Assembly: GCA_963762145.1 (NCBI GenBank)
Contig: CAVXJS010000014.1
Span: 448,001-512,000, forward strand
Length of the DNA stretch: 64,000 nucleotides
Source: an uncultured Candidatus Rokubacteria bacterium
GTDB taxonomy: Bacteria; Methylomirabilota; Methylomirabilia; Rokubacteriales; CSP1-6
Reading direction: 5' to 3'
The notes under the pieces are model-generated. The model did not search any database, had not been told where the DNA came from, and was given only the letters and a program-made list of their open reading frames with translations. A program made the position numbers and the translations under genes. Of the stretch, positions 27,171 to 37,092 are shown piece by piece; positions within the stretch are counted from its first letter, which is position 1, and each line of letters starts with the position of its first letter.

Positions 27171-28046
27171 ATGGCGACCATCACGGGCCCGCTCACGGTC
27201 TCGCCCGTTCACCCCACCTTCGGGGCCCTGATCTCCGGAGTGGATCTGACCCAGCCGCTCGACGCGGCCACCTTCGACCGTATCGCGGTGGCGTTCGACG
27301 ACTACTCGGTGCTGGTCTTCCGCGATCAGGCGCTGAGCGACGCGGAGCAGATGGCTTTCAGCGAGCGCTGGGGCCCGCTCGAAACCACCGTGCGGACCAT
27401 GGGGGGCGAGGACCGGCTGGGGGCCCACATCGTGGATCTCTCCAACACCGACGCCAACGGCGAGCTGATGGGCTGGGACGACCGCCGCATGCAGTATCAG
27501 TCCGGCAACCAGCTCTGGCACAGCGACAGCTCGTTCAAGCCGGTGCCCGCCCACTCCTCGGCGCTCTCCGCGCGCGTGGTGCCGCCCGAGGGCGGCGAGA
27601 CCGAGTTCGCGAGCATGCGCCTTGCGTACGAGACGCTCGACGAGAACGTACGCCGCGACCTGGATCGGCTCGTGGTCGTGCACAGCTTCGGCTTCTCGCG
27701 CAGCCTGATCGATCCGGGCATCGGCACCGAGATCGGGCGCGACTACCCGCCGGTGCGTCACGCCCTGGTGCGCGCCAACCCGCGCAACGGGCGCAAGTCG
27801 CTCTACATCGGCTCGCACGCCTGGTACATCGAAGGGATGGGGCTCGACGAGAGCCGCATCCTCATCGCCAGGCTGCTCGAGCACACCGTACGCGCCGACC
27901 GGGTCTACCGGCACCGCTGGCAGGTGGGCGACCTCGTGATGTGGGACAACCGGTGCGCGCTGCACCGGGGCCGCCTCTGGGACAGCGCGCGCTACGAGCG
28001 CGTCATGCACCGCACCACGGTGGCGGGCGACGGGCCGACCGTGTAG
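27171..28046 (+). CDS. TauD/TfdA family Fe(II)/2OG dioxygenase (TfdA-like)
   Basis: GNQLWHSDSSF, GGETEFA, HRWQVGDLVMWDNR..LHR, R.MHRTT. Confidence 0.92.
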   Translation: MATITGPLTVSPVHPTFGALISGVDLTQPLDAATFDRIAVAFDDYSVLVFRDQALSDAEQMAFSERWGPLETTVRTMGGEDRLGAHIVDLSNTDANGELMGWDDRRMQYQSGNQLWHSDSSFKPVPAHSSALSARVVPPEGGETEFASMRLAYETLDENVRRDLDRLVVVHSFGFSRSLIDPGIGTEIGRDYPPVRHALVRANPRNGRKSLYIGSHAWYIEGMGLDESRILIARLLEHTVRADRVYRHRWQVGDLVMWDNRCALHRGRLWDSARYERVMHRTTVAGDGPTV

Positions 28047-28120
28047 GTCATCGCCCCGGGGCCACGACGGCACGGCCCCCGTTTCAGGATCGAGCTGGAA
28101 CCTTCAATGAGGAGGGGACC

Positions 28121-30241
28121 ATGAGGCGCGGATTTCGGATCATGGCGGTCGCGCTGCTCGGCCTCGCGGGACCGATCGATCAGACCCTCGCGCAGGACCG
28201 CACCCCGGACAAGGGTTCCGCGGCGCACATCCGGGCCGTGACCGGCAAGGTGGATGGCGCCTCGATCCAGGCCAATGGCCGCACCGCGCGGGACTGGCCC
28301 AGCCACGGCCTGGACTACGCCGAGAGCCGCTTCAGCCGGCTCGGCCAGATCAACGCGGACAACGTCCGGGCCCTCGGCCTCGTCTGGTCGTACGACCTCG
28401 AGTCGACCCGCGGCGTCGAGGCGACCCCGCTGGTGGTGGACGGCATCATGTACGTCACCGCCTCGTGGAGCGTGGTCCACGCCGTCGACGCGCGCAGCGG
28501 CAAGCGCCTGTGGACCTACGATCCGAAGGTTCCGAAGGAGGCGGGCTACCGGGGGTGCTGCGACGTGGTCAACCGCGGAGTGGCCCTGCATCGGGGCAAG
28601 GTGTTCGTCGGCACCTACGACGGCCGCCTCGTGGCGCTGGACGCCGCGTCCGGCACGGTGGCGTGGGAGAAGGACACCATCGTCGACCGGACCCGCTCCT
28701 ACACGATCACCGGGGCGCCGCGGGTGTTCAAGGGCAAGGTCATCATCGGCAACGGCGGCGCCGAGTACGGCGTCCGCGGGTACATCACCGCCTACGACGC
28801 GGAGACCGGCGCGCAGCGCTGGCGGTGGTTCACGGTGCCCGGCGATCCGGGCAAGCCCTTCGAGGACGAATCGATGGCCCGCGCGGCCAAGACCTGGGAC
28901 CCGAGCGGCCGGTACTGGGAAGCCGGCGGCGGCGGCACCGCGTGGGACACGATGGCCTTCGATCCGGACCTGAACCTGATGTACGTCGGCACCGGCAACG
29001 GCTCGCCGTGGGCGCGCAGCCGGCGCAGCCCGGGGGGCGGGGACAACCTGTACCTCGCCTCGATCGTCGCCCTCAACCCGGACACCGGCAAGTACGTCTG
29101 GCACTACCAGGAGACGCCGGGGGACAACTGGGACTTCACCTCGAGCCAGCCGATGATTCTCGCCGACCTGAAGATCGGCGGCCAGACGCGCAAGGTGATT
29201 CTCCACGCGCCGAAGAACGGCTTCTTCTTCGTCATCGACCGCGCCAGCGGCAAGCTCATCTCGGCGCGCAACTTCGTCGACGTGAACTGGGCGAGCGGCT
29301 ATGGCAAGGACGGGCGGCCGATCGAGACCCCCGATGCCCGCGTGGTGGACCGATCGCGCGAGATCATCCCGAGCCCCTACGGCGCGCGCAACTGGCATCC
29401 GATGTCGTTCAACCCGCAGACCGGGCTCGTCTACATGCCGGTGCAGGGCGTTCCGGTCGGCCTGATGGACAACCGCAACTGGAAGATGAACGCCAACACG
29501 CCCGGCGAGCCGCACGGCGGCCTGGGCTGGAACCTGGCGATGTACCTCAACGCGGAGCCGCCGAAGAGCAAGCCCTTCGGCCGCCTCGTCGCCTGGGATC
29601 CGGTGCGGCAGCAGGAAGCCTGGCGCCAGGAGCACGTCGCCCCGTGGAACGGCGGCACGCTGAGCACCGCGGGCAACCTCGTGTTCCAGGGCACCGCGGA
29701 CGGGCGCTTCGTCGCCTACAACGCCACGACCGGCGAGAAGCGCTGGGAAGCCGCGACCGGGACCGGCGTGGTGGCGGGTCCCGTCACCTACCTCGTGGAC
29801 GGCAGGCAGTACGTGTCCGTCGCGGTCGGGTGGGGCGGCGTCTACGGGATCATGCATCGGGCCACCGACCGGCAGGGGCCGGGGACCGTCTACACGTTCG
29901 CGGTCGGGAGCGCGGCGCCCGCTCCGGAGTTCGTCGCCTACCAGCAGGGCGCGCTGGTCCAGGGTGTCAAGTACGACCCGGCCCACGTGCAGGAAGGCAC
30001 GCTGCTCTACGTCAGCAACTGCGTGTTCTGTCACGGCGTCCCCGGAGTGGACCGGGGCGGCAACGTGAAGAACCTGGGCTATTCGACGAGCGCGGTGATC
30101 ACCGATCTCGACCAGTGGGTCTTCAAGGGCCCGGCCGTGGCCACGGGCATGCCCGATTTCACCGGGAAGCTCTCCGTGGATCAGGTCGAGAAGATCAAGG
30201 CCTTCATCCAGGGCACGGCCGACGCGATTCGCCCAAAGTAA
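28121..30241 (+). CDS. Quinohemoprotein (type II) PQQ-dependent alcohol dehydrogenase, probably Ca2+-type
   Basis: Signal peptide; RGVEATP, vicinal CCD.VNRG, GGAEYGVRG, WHYQETPGDNWDFT, C-terminal heme motif CVFCH and MP.F. Confidence 0.93.
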   Translation: MRRGFRIMAVALLGLAGPIDQTLAQDRTPDKGSAAHIRAVTGKVDGASIQANGRTARDWPSHGLDYAESRFSRLGQINADNVRALGLVWSYDLESTRGVEATPLVVDGIMYVTASWSVVHAVDARSGKRLWTYDPKVPKEAGYRGCCDVVNRGVALHRGKVFVGTYDGRLVALDAASGTVAWEKDTIVDRTRSYTITGAPRVFKGKVIIGNGGAEYGVRGYITAYDAETGAQRWRWFTVPGDPGKPFEDESMARAAKTWDPSGRYWEAGGGGTAWDTMAFDPDLNLMYVGTGNGSPWARSRRSPGGGDNLYLASIVALNPDTGKYVWHYQETPGDNWDFTSSQPMILADLKIGGQTRKVILHAPKNGFFFVIDRASGKLISARNFVDVNWASGYGKDGRPIETPDARVVDRSREIIPSPYGARNWHPMSFNPQTGLVYMPVQGVPVGLMDNRNWKMNANTPGEPHGGLGWNLAMYLNAEPPKSKPFGRLVAWDPVRQQEAWRQEHVAPWNGGTLSTAGNLVFQGTADGRFVAYNATTGEKRWEAATGTGVVAGPVTYLVDGRQYVSVAVGWGGVYGIMHRATDRQGPGTVYTFAVGSAAPAPEFVAYQQGALVQGVKYDPAHVQEGTLLYVSNCVFCHGVPGVDRGGNVKNLGYSTSAVITDLDQWVFKGPAVATGMPDFTGKLSVDQVEKIKAFIQGTADAIRPK

Positions 30242-30243
30242 AG

Positions 30244-30320
30244 TCGGAGGGGGCCCGGGTGGCCCCCTCCGATGCCTCCCCCGACGGCGGGGATTGCGCC
30301 GGCGGAGCCGGCGCTCGAAC
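30244..30320. repeat. Double-hairpin REP-like element / possible bidirectional terminator between convergent genes
   Basis: Perfect 12-bp stem TCGGAGGGGGCC/GGCCCCCTCCGA (30244-30272) and 8-bp stem GCGCCGGC/GCCGGCGC (30296-30314). Confidence 0.7.
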
Positions 30321-30334
30321 GAACCTCTTCGGGA

Positions 30335-30994
30335 CTAGCCTTCGGTGGTAGTGGAGTTTCCCGAGGCGGCGGGTTTCTGAGCGCCGTCCTCGGGTGTCAT
30401 GCCGCGCATCCCGGGGCCCTGCGGCCCGCGGTGCTGCATGCGCTGGCTCATGAGCGTGCGCAGCTTCTCACGCTGCTCCGGCGTCAGCACCTGGCGGCTC
30501 TGCTCCAGGTTCCGGATCTGGGCCACGCGCCCATCCGCGCGCAGCTTCTCGATCTCCCGCACCTTGGTCTCGATCTTCGCCAGATCCCGCGGCTTGTTGG
30601 GATCGGCCGCGTCGGGCGCCATCATGGTCCGGAGGTCCAGCTCGGCGAGCCGCTGCTCGGCCTTCCGTTTGATGGCGTCTCGGCGTGCGTCCGTGCCGAG
30701 CTTGCGCAGGTTGTCCACCTGCACGGGCGTCAGCGCGAGGTCCTTCTGGTGCCGCAGGGCCAGCCCGCTCAGAGAGAAGCGATGGGCCTTGGCCCGACGC
30801 TGCCACCCGTGATGACGGTGCTGGCCGCCCGGTCCCTCCGGCCGCTGGCCCCAGTTCGACCGCGCGGCCGGGCGCGTGGTGTCCGTGGCCGCCTGCGCGA
30901 GTTGCATGCCGTCGAGCGTCTGGGCGCCCGCGGGCAGGGCCATCCCCAGCACTATGGCCAGTCCTGTCAGTGCGTTCCGTGCCTTCATGGTCAT
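30335..30994 (-). CDS. Spy/CpxP (LTXXQ) family periplasmic chaperone
   Basis: AAGGAGG SD; signal peptide; LALTPVQ and VLTPEQ motifs; helical charged body. Confidence 0.85.
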   Translation of the reverse strand: MTMKARNALTGLAIVLGMALPAGAQTLDGMQLAQAATDTTRPAARSNWGQRPEGPGGQHRHHGWQRRAKAHRFSLSGLALRHQKDLALTPVQVDNLRKLGTDARRDAIKRKAEQRLAELDLRTMMAPDAADPNKPRDLAKIETKVREIEKLRADGRVAQIRNLEQSRQVLTPEQREKLRTLMSQRMQHRGPQGPGMRGMTPEDGAQKPAASGNSTTTEG

Positions 30995-31065
30995 CCTCCT
31001 TGATCCGTCGATAACGGGGATCCGCCGATCACGGGGGCCCCGGTGGGTTCTCTGCCTCTGCCCCT

Positions 31066-31095
31066 ATGACGAAGCATCGGCCCCGAGCGTTGACA
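31066..31095 (-). promoter_or_regulatory. Putative ECF-sigma promoter of the Spy/CpxP gene
   Basis: tGTCAAC-N17-CGTCAT on the minus strand. Confidence 0.45.
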
Positions 31096-31111
31096 GGGAG
31101 CGGAGGAAAAA

Positions 31112-34100
31112 TCAGGAGGCGATGGCGGCGGCGACCTGGCGGGAGACCAGGCGGGCGTAGAGGCCCCGCCGGCGCAGCAGATCGTCGTGACGGCCCTGCT
31201 CGACCACACGGCCCTCGTCCAGGACCACGATCTGGTCGGCGGCGCGGACGGTGGAGAGCCGGTGGGCGATCACGATGGTGGTACGCGAGCGGGTCAGGCC
31301 GGCGAGGGCCTCCTGCACGACCTGCTCGTTGAGCGCGTCGAGATGCGACGTGGCCTCGTCCAGGATCAGGACAGGCGCCTCGCGCAGGAAGGCCCGCGCG
31401 ATGGCCACCCGCTGGCGCTGCCCGCCGGAGAGCTGGAGGCCGCGCTCGCCGACCCGGGTGTCGAGGCCCTCGGGCAGCGAGCGCACCAGCGGCAGCAGCG
31501 ACGCGCGCTCGATCGCGGCGGTCACGTCCGCGACGGTGGCCTCCGGCCGCGCGATGCGGATGTTGCCGCCGAGCGTGTCGTTGAAGAGATGCGTGTCCTG
31601 CGCCACCAGCGCGATCTCGCGGCGCAGTCCCTCGAGGCGCCATCGCCGCAGGTCGTGGCCGCCGAGCGTGATGGCGCCCGCGTCCGGGTCCCAGAAGCGC
31701 AGCAGCAGGCTCGCGATCGTGGTCTTTCCCGCGCCGGACGGACCGACCAGCGCGACCATCGCGCCCGCGGGCACCGTGAACGACACGTCCTGCAGCGCGG
31801 GCTGGCGGCGGCCCGGGTAGGTGAAGGTGACGTTGTGAAGCGCGATGGCGGCCGCCTCCTCGCGGCGGGGGCCGGGCACGCCGGGCCCGTCGGCGATGCG
31901 CACCGGCTCGGCGTGGACCGCGTGGACGCGTCGGGTCGCCGCGAGCGTGTCCGCGAGCTGGCGCCCGACCTGCGCGATCTCCCAGACCGGCACGAACGCG
32001 GACATCGCGAGCAGGGTGAGCAGCGGCAGCATCGCGCCCTCGAGCCGCCCCGCGGCGACGAGCCACGCGCCCACCAGCGCCACCGCGAGGCCGCCGAGGC
32101 CGGTGGCCACTTCCTGGAGCGCCGACTGGCGCGCGAGGTCGGCGAGGAAGGGCATGCGCGCGCCCGCGTAGGCCATCGCGCGCGCGGCGAGCGCCTCGCC
32201 GCGGTGCGCCTCCTGTTGGAACGCGACGATCTCGCCGAGCCCCTGCACCGAGTCCACCGTGTGCGCGTTCAGCTCGCCCGACGCCTCGCGGGCGCGCGCG
32301 CTCAGGCGATCGATGCGCCCGCGCCCGAGCACCGGGCTCAGCGCCGCGTAGGCCAGGAACGGCAGGACGGCCAGCGCCATCGGCCACCCGAAGGTGGCGA
32401 GGGTGGCGAGGACCACCGCGGGGACCAGCACCGCGACCAGGCCGGGCGTGATGGTGTGGGCGAAGAAGTACTCGATCAGCTCGATGTCGTGGGTGGCGAC
32501 GCCGAGCAGATCGCCGGTCCGCCGCGACGACAGGTAGGCCGGGCCGAGCTCGACGAGCTTGCGGAAGAAGCGCATGCGCATGTCCGCGAGCAGCCGGTAG
32601 GCCATGTCGTGGGCGAGCCAGGACTCGAGCCAGTGCAGCACGCCGGCCAGCGGCGCGACGATCAGGAGCGCGGTGAGCCACGCGCCGGTGGGCTCGCCGC
32701 GGCTCACCGCGCGGACCACCAGCGCGCTCAGCAGCCCGACGCCGATCAGCGCGGTCACCCGGGCCACCCCGAGCGCGAACGTGACGACGAGCCGGCCGTG
32801 GTAGCCCGACGCCATCGCGATCAGGATGCGGCCGACCTCCCACCAGCCCGGTCCCGTCGCGCGGAGGATCGCCGCGGGCTCCGCGGCCGGCGCGCCCACC
32901 GGGTCGTCCGGCGCGGGACCGGCCGCGGTCTCGACCACCGTCGCGCCGTCGCCGATCACGCCGTCGGTCTGACCCGCGGCCTGGCCCGCCATGAGGCGGC
33001 GGTACACGCCGTCGCCCGCCATCAGGGCGGCGTGGGTGCCGCTCTCGGCCACGCGGCCCTCGTCGAGCACCAGGATGCGGTCGGCGCCGATGATGCTCGA
33101 GAGCCGATGGGCGAAGATGAGCGTGGTGCGCCCGCGCATCAGCCGGTCGAGCGCGTCCTGGATGGCGGCCTCGCTCTCCGCGTCCACCGAGGAGAGCGCC
33201 TCGTCGAGGATCAGGATGGGCGCGTCGCGGAGCAGCGCGCGGGCGATCGCGATGCGCTGCCGCTGGCCGCCCGACAGCCGCACCCCGCGCTCGCCCACCA
33301 CGGTCTGGTAGCCCTGGGGCAGGGCCACGATGGCGTCGTGCATGTTGGCGTTGCGCGCGGCCGTCTCGAGCTCGGCCTGGCTCGCGTCGGGGCGCCCCAT
33401 GCGCAGGTTCTCCTCGATCGTGCCGTGAAAGAGATAGGTGTCCTGGCTCACCACCGCGATCAGCCGCCGCAGGTCGCGAAGGGAGAGCTCGCGCAGGTCG
33501 CGCCCGCCGATGGTGACGCGGCCGGTGGTCGGATCCGCGAAGCGGAGCAGGAGGCGCGAGATGGTGGACTTGCCCGCGCCGCTCGCGCCCACCACGCCCA
33601 CCCGCTCGCCCGCGGCCACGCTGAACGCGAGCGCCTCGAGCGCGGCTCGGCGCCCGCCCGGATAGCTGAATGTGACGCTCTCGAACGTGATCGAAGGGTC
33701 GATCGGAGAGTTTGCGGTGAAGCGAATGTTCTTATCGGGGGGGAGCGGCGCCGCTCCTCCCCCGAGCCCCCCCAGCGCATCGTTCTGTTGCGCGGCGGCG
33801 TCCGTGACCTGCGGCTTCACCTCGAGGAGGGCCAGGATGGACTGGGCCGCCGAGAGGCCGAGCATGCCCTGGTGCAGCACGGTCCGGAGCTCCCGCAGCG
33901 GGCGGAAGATCTCGACGCCGAGCATCAGCACCACCACGAGGGCGGTGAGCTCCATCTGGCCGCCCTGCACGCGATAGCTGCCGATCGCCAGCGCCACCGC
34001 CGCGCCCAGCGCGATGCACACGTCGCTGATGCCGCGCGCCAGCGTATTGGTGCTGAGCACCCACATGGTGGCCTGGAAGAGGGCGCGGCCGCGCTCCTCC

Positions 34101-34762
34101 AGGAGCCGGGCGCGCGCCTGGCTCTGACCGAAGGCGGCCAGGGTGCGCAGCCCCTGGATCGCGTCCAGGAACTCGGCGCCGTAGGCCGCGTAGGTCTTCG
34201 ACCGCGCGAGGCTCCCGCGGCTGTCCCAGCGGTGCCAGAGCGTGGGCATGAGGAAGGTGGCGATCGCGGCGACCAGGAAGACGAAGGCGAGCGGGAGGTC
34301 GATCGCGGCGACCACTGCGAAGATCAGGAACGGGGTGAGCGCGGAGACGAAGAGCTGGGGGAGGAACTGGCCGAAGTACACCTCGAGCTGCTGCACGCCC
34401 TCGACGACGGACAGGATGACGTCGCCGGTGCGCGTCTGGGTGAAGTGGGCCGGACCCAGCGCGGTGATCTGCTCGTATAGCCGCCCGCGCAGCCGGCGCT
34501 GCACGCGCGCCGCCGTGCGGTGGGCCGCCATCGTGCGTCCGTATTCGAGCAGGCCGCGGACCGCGATGAGGGCCGCGACCCCGGCGACCGGCCAGGCCAG
34601 GCGGGCGAGCGAATCGCCGGCGAGCACGCGCCCCAGCACCCAGCCCAGCAGGGCCAGGCGCGCGGTGCCCACGAGCACCGCCAGCAGGCCGGCCAGCGTG
34701 GTGCCCGCGATCCGGAGGCGGACGCCCCGCGTGAAGGCCCAGAGCCGGGGGTTCAGATACAC
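31112..34762 (-). CDS. Fused four-domain ABC exporter (TMD-NBD-TMD-NBD), CydD/CydC-like
   Basis: Two TMDs (YFGQFLPQ; [15 protein letters not shown]) and two NBDs (GASGAGKS / [13 protein letters not shown] x2, LDEA x2, AHRLS x2). Confidence 0.9.
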   Translation of the reverse strand: MYLNPRLWAFTRGVRLRIAGTTLAGLLAVLVGTARLALLGWVLGRVLAGDSLARLAWPVAGVAALIAVRGLLEYGRTMAAHRTAARVQRRLRGRLYEQITALGPAHFTQTRTGDVILSVVEGVQQLEVYFGQFLPQLFVSALTPFLIFAVVAAIDLPLAFVFLVAAIATFLMPTLWHRWDSRGSLARSKTYAAYGAEFLDAIQGLRTLAAFGQSQARARLLEERGRALFQATMWVLSTNTLARGISDVCIALGAAVALAIGSYRVQGGQMELTALVVVLMLGVEIFRPLRELRTVLHQGMLGLSAAQSILALLEVKPQVTDAAAQQNDALGGLGGGAAPLPPDKNIRFTANSPIDPSITFESVTFSYPGGRRAALEALAFSVAAGERVGVVGASGAGKSTISRLLLRFADPTTGRVTIGGRDLRELSLRDLRRLIAVVSQDTYLFHGTIEENLRMGRPDASQAELETAARNANMHDAIVALPQGYQTVVGERGVRLSGGQRQRIAIARALLRDAPILILDEALSSVDAESEAAIQDALDRLMRGRTTLIFAHRLSSIIGADRILVLDEGRVAESGTHAALMAGDGVYRRLMAGQAAGQTDGVIGDGATVVETAAGPAPDDPVGAPAAEPAAILRATGPGWWEVGRILIAMASGYHGRLVVTFALGVARVTALIGVGLLSALVVRAVSRGEPTGAWLTALLIVAPLAGVLHWLESWLAHDMAYRLLADMRMRFFRKLVELGPAYLSSRRTGDLLGVATHDIELIEYFFAHTITPGLVAVLVPAVVLATLATFGWPMALAVLPFLAYAALSPVLGRGRIDRLSARAREASGELNAHTVDSVQGLGEIVAFQQEAHRGEALAARAMAYAGARMPFLADLARQSALQEVATGLGGLAVALVGAWLVAAGRLEGAMLPLLTLLAMSAFVPVWEIAQVGRQLADTLAATRRVHAVHAEPVRIADGPGVPGPRREEAAAIALHNVTFTYPGRRQPALQDVSFTVPAGAMVALVGPSGAGKTTIASLLLRFWDPDAGAITLGGHDLRRWRLEGLRREIALVAQDTHLFNDTLGGNIRIARPEATVADVTAAIERASLLPLVRSLPEGLDTRVGERGLQLSGGQRQRVAIARAFLREAPVLILDEATSHLDALNEQVVQEALAGLTRSRTTIVIAHRLSTVRAADQIVVLDEGRVVEQGRHDDLLRRRGLYARLVSRQVAAAIAS
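33737..33773 (-). repeat. G/C-tract palindromic element, family A, copy 2, in frame inside the ABC exporter (encodes [12 protein letters not shown])
   Basis: Same 16-bp palindrome GGAGCGGCGCCGCTCC (33742-33757) and G/C tracts as 26278-26314. Confidence 0.85.
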
Positions 34763-34801
34763 GGCGCAGGATACCTCATCCGGGGCCCCTCACCATCAGG
34801 A

Positions 34802-34836
34802 CCCCTCACCCTGCCCTCTCCCCAGCGGGGAGAGGG
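34802..34836. repeat. CCCCTCACCC-CCCTCTCCCC-N3-GGGGAGAGGG hairpin element, family B, copy 1 (intergenic)
   Basis: 10-bp perfect stem; near-identical copy at 51936-51971; extra CCCCTCACC at 34786-34794. Confidence 0.85.
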
Positions 34837-34851
34837 TGGAAGGAAGGCTCT

Positions 34852-36123
34852 TCATATGCGGCCGGCGACCGCCCGCACCTTGCGGGGAGCCGCGAGCCAG
34901 ATGGCGACCGCGGAGACCACGCTGCAGGCGATGGAGATCCAGAACGCGAGCGTGTAGCTGCCGGTGTGGTCGTGGAGCGCGCCGGTGAGCCACGGCCCGA
35001 CCGCGCCGCCCGCGATCGAGGCCAGCATCAGGGTGCCGAAGATCGAGCCGTAGTGGCGGCCCTGGAAGATCTCGGCCGGGATCGCGCCCACGACCGAGGT
35101 GAGGCCGTAGCCGAGCATGCCCTGGGCGACCACCATCACGTAGAGCAGGGCGGGGGTCGGGGTGACCGCCAGGAGAAGCAGCGCCGCGTAGCAGATCGCG
35201 AACCCCAGCGCGCCCGCGGTCCACACCCACTCGCGCCCGATCCGGTCCGAGAGCCAGCCGAGCGCGATCTGGCCGGGGATGCCGGCCAGGCTCACGAAGC
35301 CGAGCGCCCACGCCGCGTCGCTCGGGCTGAACCCGATCTCGGTCAGGTACTTGGTCTGGTGCACCTGTACCGCGTACCAGGCGAAGAGGCCGGTGAAGTA
35401 CCCGATCGCGATCCACCAGAACCGGGTGGTGCGCGCCGCGCGCGCGAGCGTCCAGTCGACCGCCGCCCACGCCGCGTCCACCACGTTGGACGGGCGCGGC
35501 ACCGCGCCGGGGGCCGCGGCGCGATCCCCGTCGGGCTCGAGCCCCATGTCCTGGGGCCGGCGGCGCAGCAGCAGGTTGAGAGGCACGAGGAGTAGCAGGA
35601 CGAGGAGACCCATCGCCCAGCACGCCGCGCGCCAGCCCGAGCGGTCGATCAGGGTCTGCATCCAGGGCAGCAGGATCATCGAGCCCACGCCCACCCCGGA
35701 AAAGGCGAGGCTCATCGCGAGGCCGCGCCGGCGCACGAACCAGTCGGGGAGGAAGAGCGACTGCCCGGTGTAGCCGAGGCACACGCTGCCGCCGCCCACC
35801 ATCACGCCGAGCGTCGCGTAGAGGTGCCACGGGCGTGTCACCACGGTGGCGAGCAGCAGGCCCGCGCCGATCAGGAGCACGCCCAGCTCGATGACGACGC
35901 GCGGGCCGCGCCGGTCCATCAGGCGGCCGAGCGACGGGCTCAGGGCCGCCGAGACCAGGAAGCCGAACGAGAAGGCGCCCGCGGTCACGCCGCGCTCCCA
36001 GCCGAACTCGTCGAGGATCGGCGGGAACAGCAGCGAGAAGGTGGTGCGCGCGTTGACGCCCACCCCCATGGAGACGAAGACGACGGCCACGATGACCCAG
36101 CCGTAGTAGATCGGCAGGCGCAC
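34852..36123 (-). CDS. MFS transporter (OFA-like)
   Basis: YYGW start, GRLMDRRGPR motif A, WF.RRRG.A, GWLSDRIGR, about 12 TM segments. Confidence 0.92.
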   Translation of the reverse strand: MRLPIYYGWVIVAVVFVSMGVGVNARTTFSLLFPPILDEFGWERGVTAGAFSFGFLVSAALSPSLGRLMDRRGPRVVIELGVLLIGAGLLLATVVTRPWHLYATLGVMVGGGSVCLGYTGQSLFLPDWFVRRRGLAMSLAFSGVGVGSMILLPWMQTLIDRSGWRAACWAMGLLVLLLLVPLNLLLRRRPQDMGLEPDGDRAAAPGAVPRPSNVVDAAWAAVDWTLARAARTTRFWWIAIGYFTGLFAWYAVQVHQTKYLTEIGFSPSDAAWALGFVSLAGIPGQIALGWLSDRIGREWVWTAGALGFAICYAALLLLAVTPTPALLYVMVVAQGMLGYGLTSVVGAIPAEIFQGRHYGSIFGTLMLASIAGGAVGPWLTGALHDHTGSYTLAFWISIACSVVSAVAIWLAAPRKVRAVAGRI

Positions 36124-36143
36124 GAGGGGGGATTGTACGCCGT

Positions 36144-36172
36144 TTGACTCCGCGATGGGGATTTGCCAGGAT
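36144..36172 (+). promoter_or_regulatory. Putative sigma70 promoter of the SDR gene
   Basis: TTGACT-N17-CAGGAT. Confidence 0.4.
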
Positions 36173-36215
36173 GTGCCGGCCAGCGGTCGAAGATGCCCAT
36201 CGGGAGGAGCCGACC

Positions 36216-37064
36216 ATGACGACCACGCCCACGGTCCTGGACATCACCGAGAACGACAACATCGCCGCGCGCGGCGGCGACAAGCTGAGGCGTCGCGTGG
36301 CCTTCGTCACCGGCGGCACCCGCGGAATCGGGGCCGCCATCTGCCGCAGCCTGGCCAGCCAGGGCGCGACCCTGGCCGCGGGCTACGCGGGCAACGACGA
36401 CGCGGCCAAGAAGTTCCGAGACGGCTTCGCCACCACCTACGGCACCGAGGTCAGCATCCACAAGGGCAATGTGGGCGAGCCCTCTGACTGCCGGCGCACC
36501 ATCGACGAGGTGATCGCGGCCCACGGCCGGCTCGACATCCTGGTCAACAACGCGGGGATCACCATCGACAAGACGGTGCTCAAGCTCTCCGACGAGGACT
36601 GGTTCAAGGTGCTGAACGTCAATCTGTCCGGCGCCTTCTTCCTCTCCCAGGCCGCGCTGCGGCACATGGCGGAGCGCGGGAGCGGGCGCATCGTGAACGT
36701 GTCGAGCGTCATCGGCGAGATGGGCAATATCGGCCAGGCCAACTACGCGGCGTCCAAGTCGGGGCTCTTCGGCCTCACCAAGACGCTCGCGCGCGAGGCC
36801 GCGTTCCTGCTCGCCAAGGCGGGGCGGCTCCAGGATCCGGACGGGGTCGGGCTCACCGTGAACACGGTGACCCCCGGCTTCATCGCCACCGAGATGCTCG
36901 AGCACGTCCCGGCCAAGCTGCTCGAGAAGATCGTCGGCCAGATCCCGCTCGGCCGCCTCGGCAAGCCCGAAGAGGTCGCGCGCGTCGTGCACTTCCTGGC
37001 CGCCGACGCGTCGAGTTACATCACCGGCCAGGTCTGGGGCGTCAACGGCGGCCTGGACATGTAG
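36216..37064 (+). CDS. SDR, acetoacetyl-CoA reductase (PhaB) / FabG-like
   Basis: TGGTRGIG, NNAGIT.D, GNIGQANYAASK, PGFIAT, NGGLDM. Confidence 0.88.
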   Translation: MTTTPTVLDITENDNIAARGGDKLRRRVAFVTGGTRGIGAAICRSLASQGATLAAGYAGNDDAAKKFRDGFATTYGTEVSIHKGNVGEPSDCRRTIDEVIAAHGRLDILVNNAGITIDKTVLKLSDEDWFKVLNVNLSGAFFLSQAALRHMAERGSGRIVNVSSVIGEMGNIGQANYAASKSGLFGLTKTLAREAAFLLAKAGRLQDPDGVGLTVNTVTPGFIATEMLEHVPAKLLEKIVGQIPLGRLGKPEEVARVVHFLAADASSYITGQVWGVNGGLDM

Positions 37065-37092
37065 CGCCTCTCATCCACAGGAGACCTCCATC

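Noticed and set aside
28121-30241. Lanthanide-dependent (XoxF/PedH-type) dehydrogenase
   Set aside because: The active-site motif is WDFT, not WD-x-D; the extra lanthanide-binding Asp is missing, and the C-terminal heme c marks a type II quinohemoprotein
36216-37064. PHA biosynthesis operon (phaB)
   Set aside because: The SDR is PhaB/FabG-like, but no phaA, phaC or phasin is in the window, so no symbol was assigned
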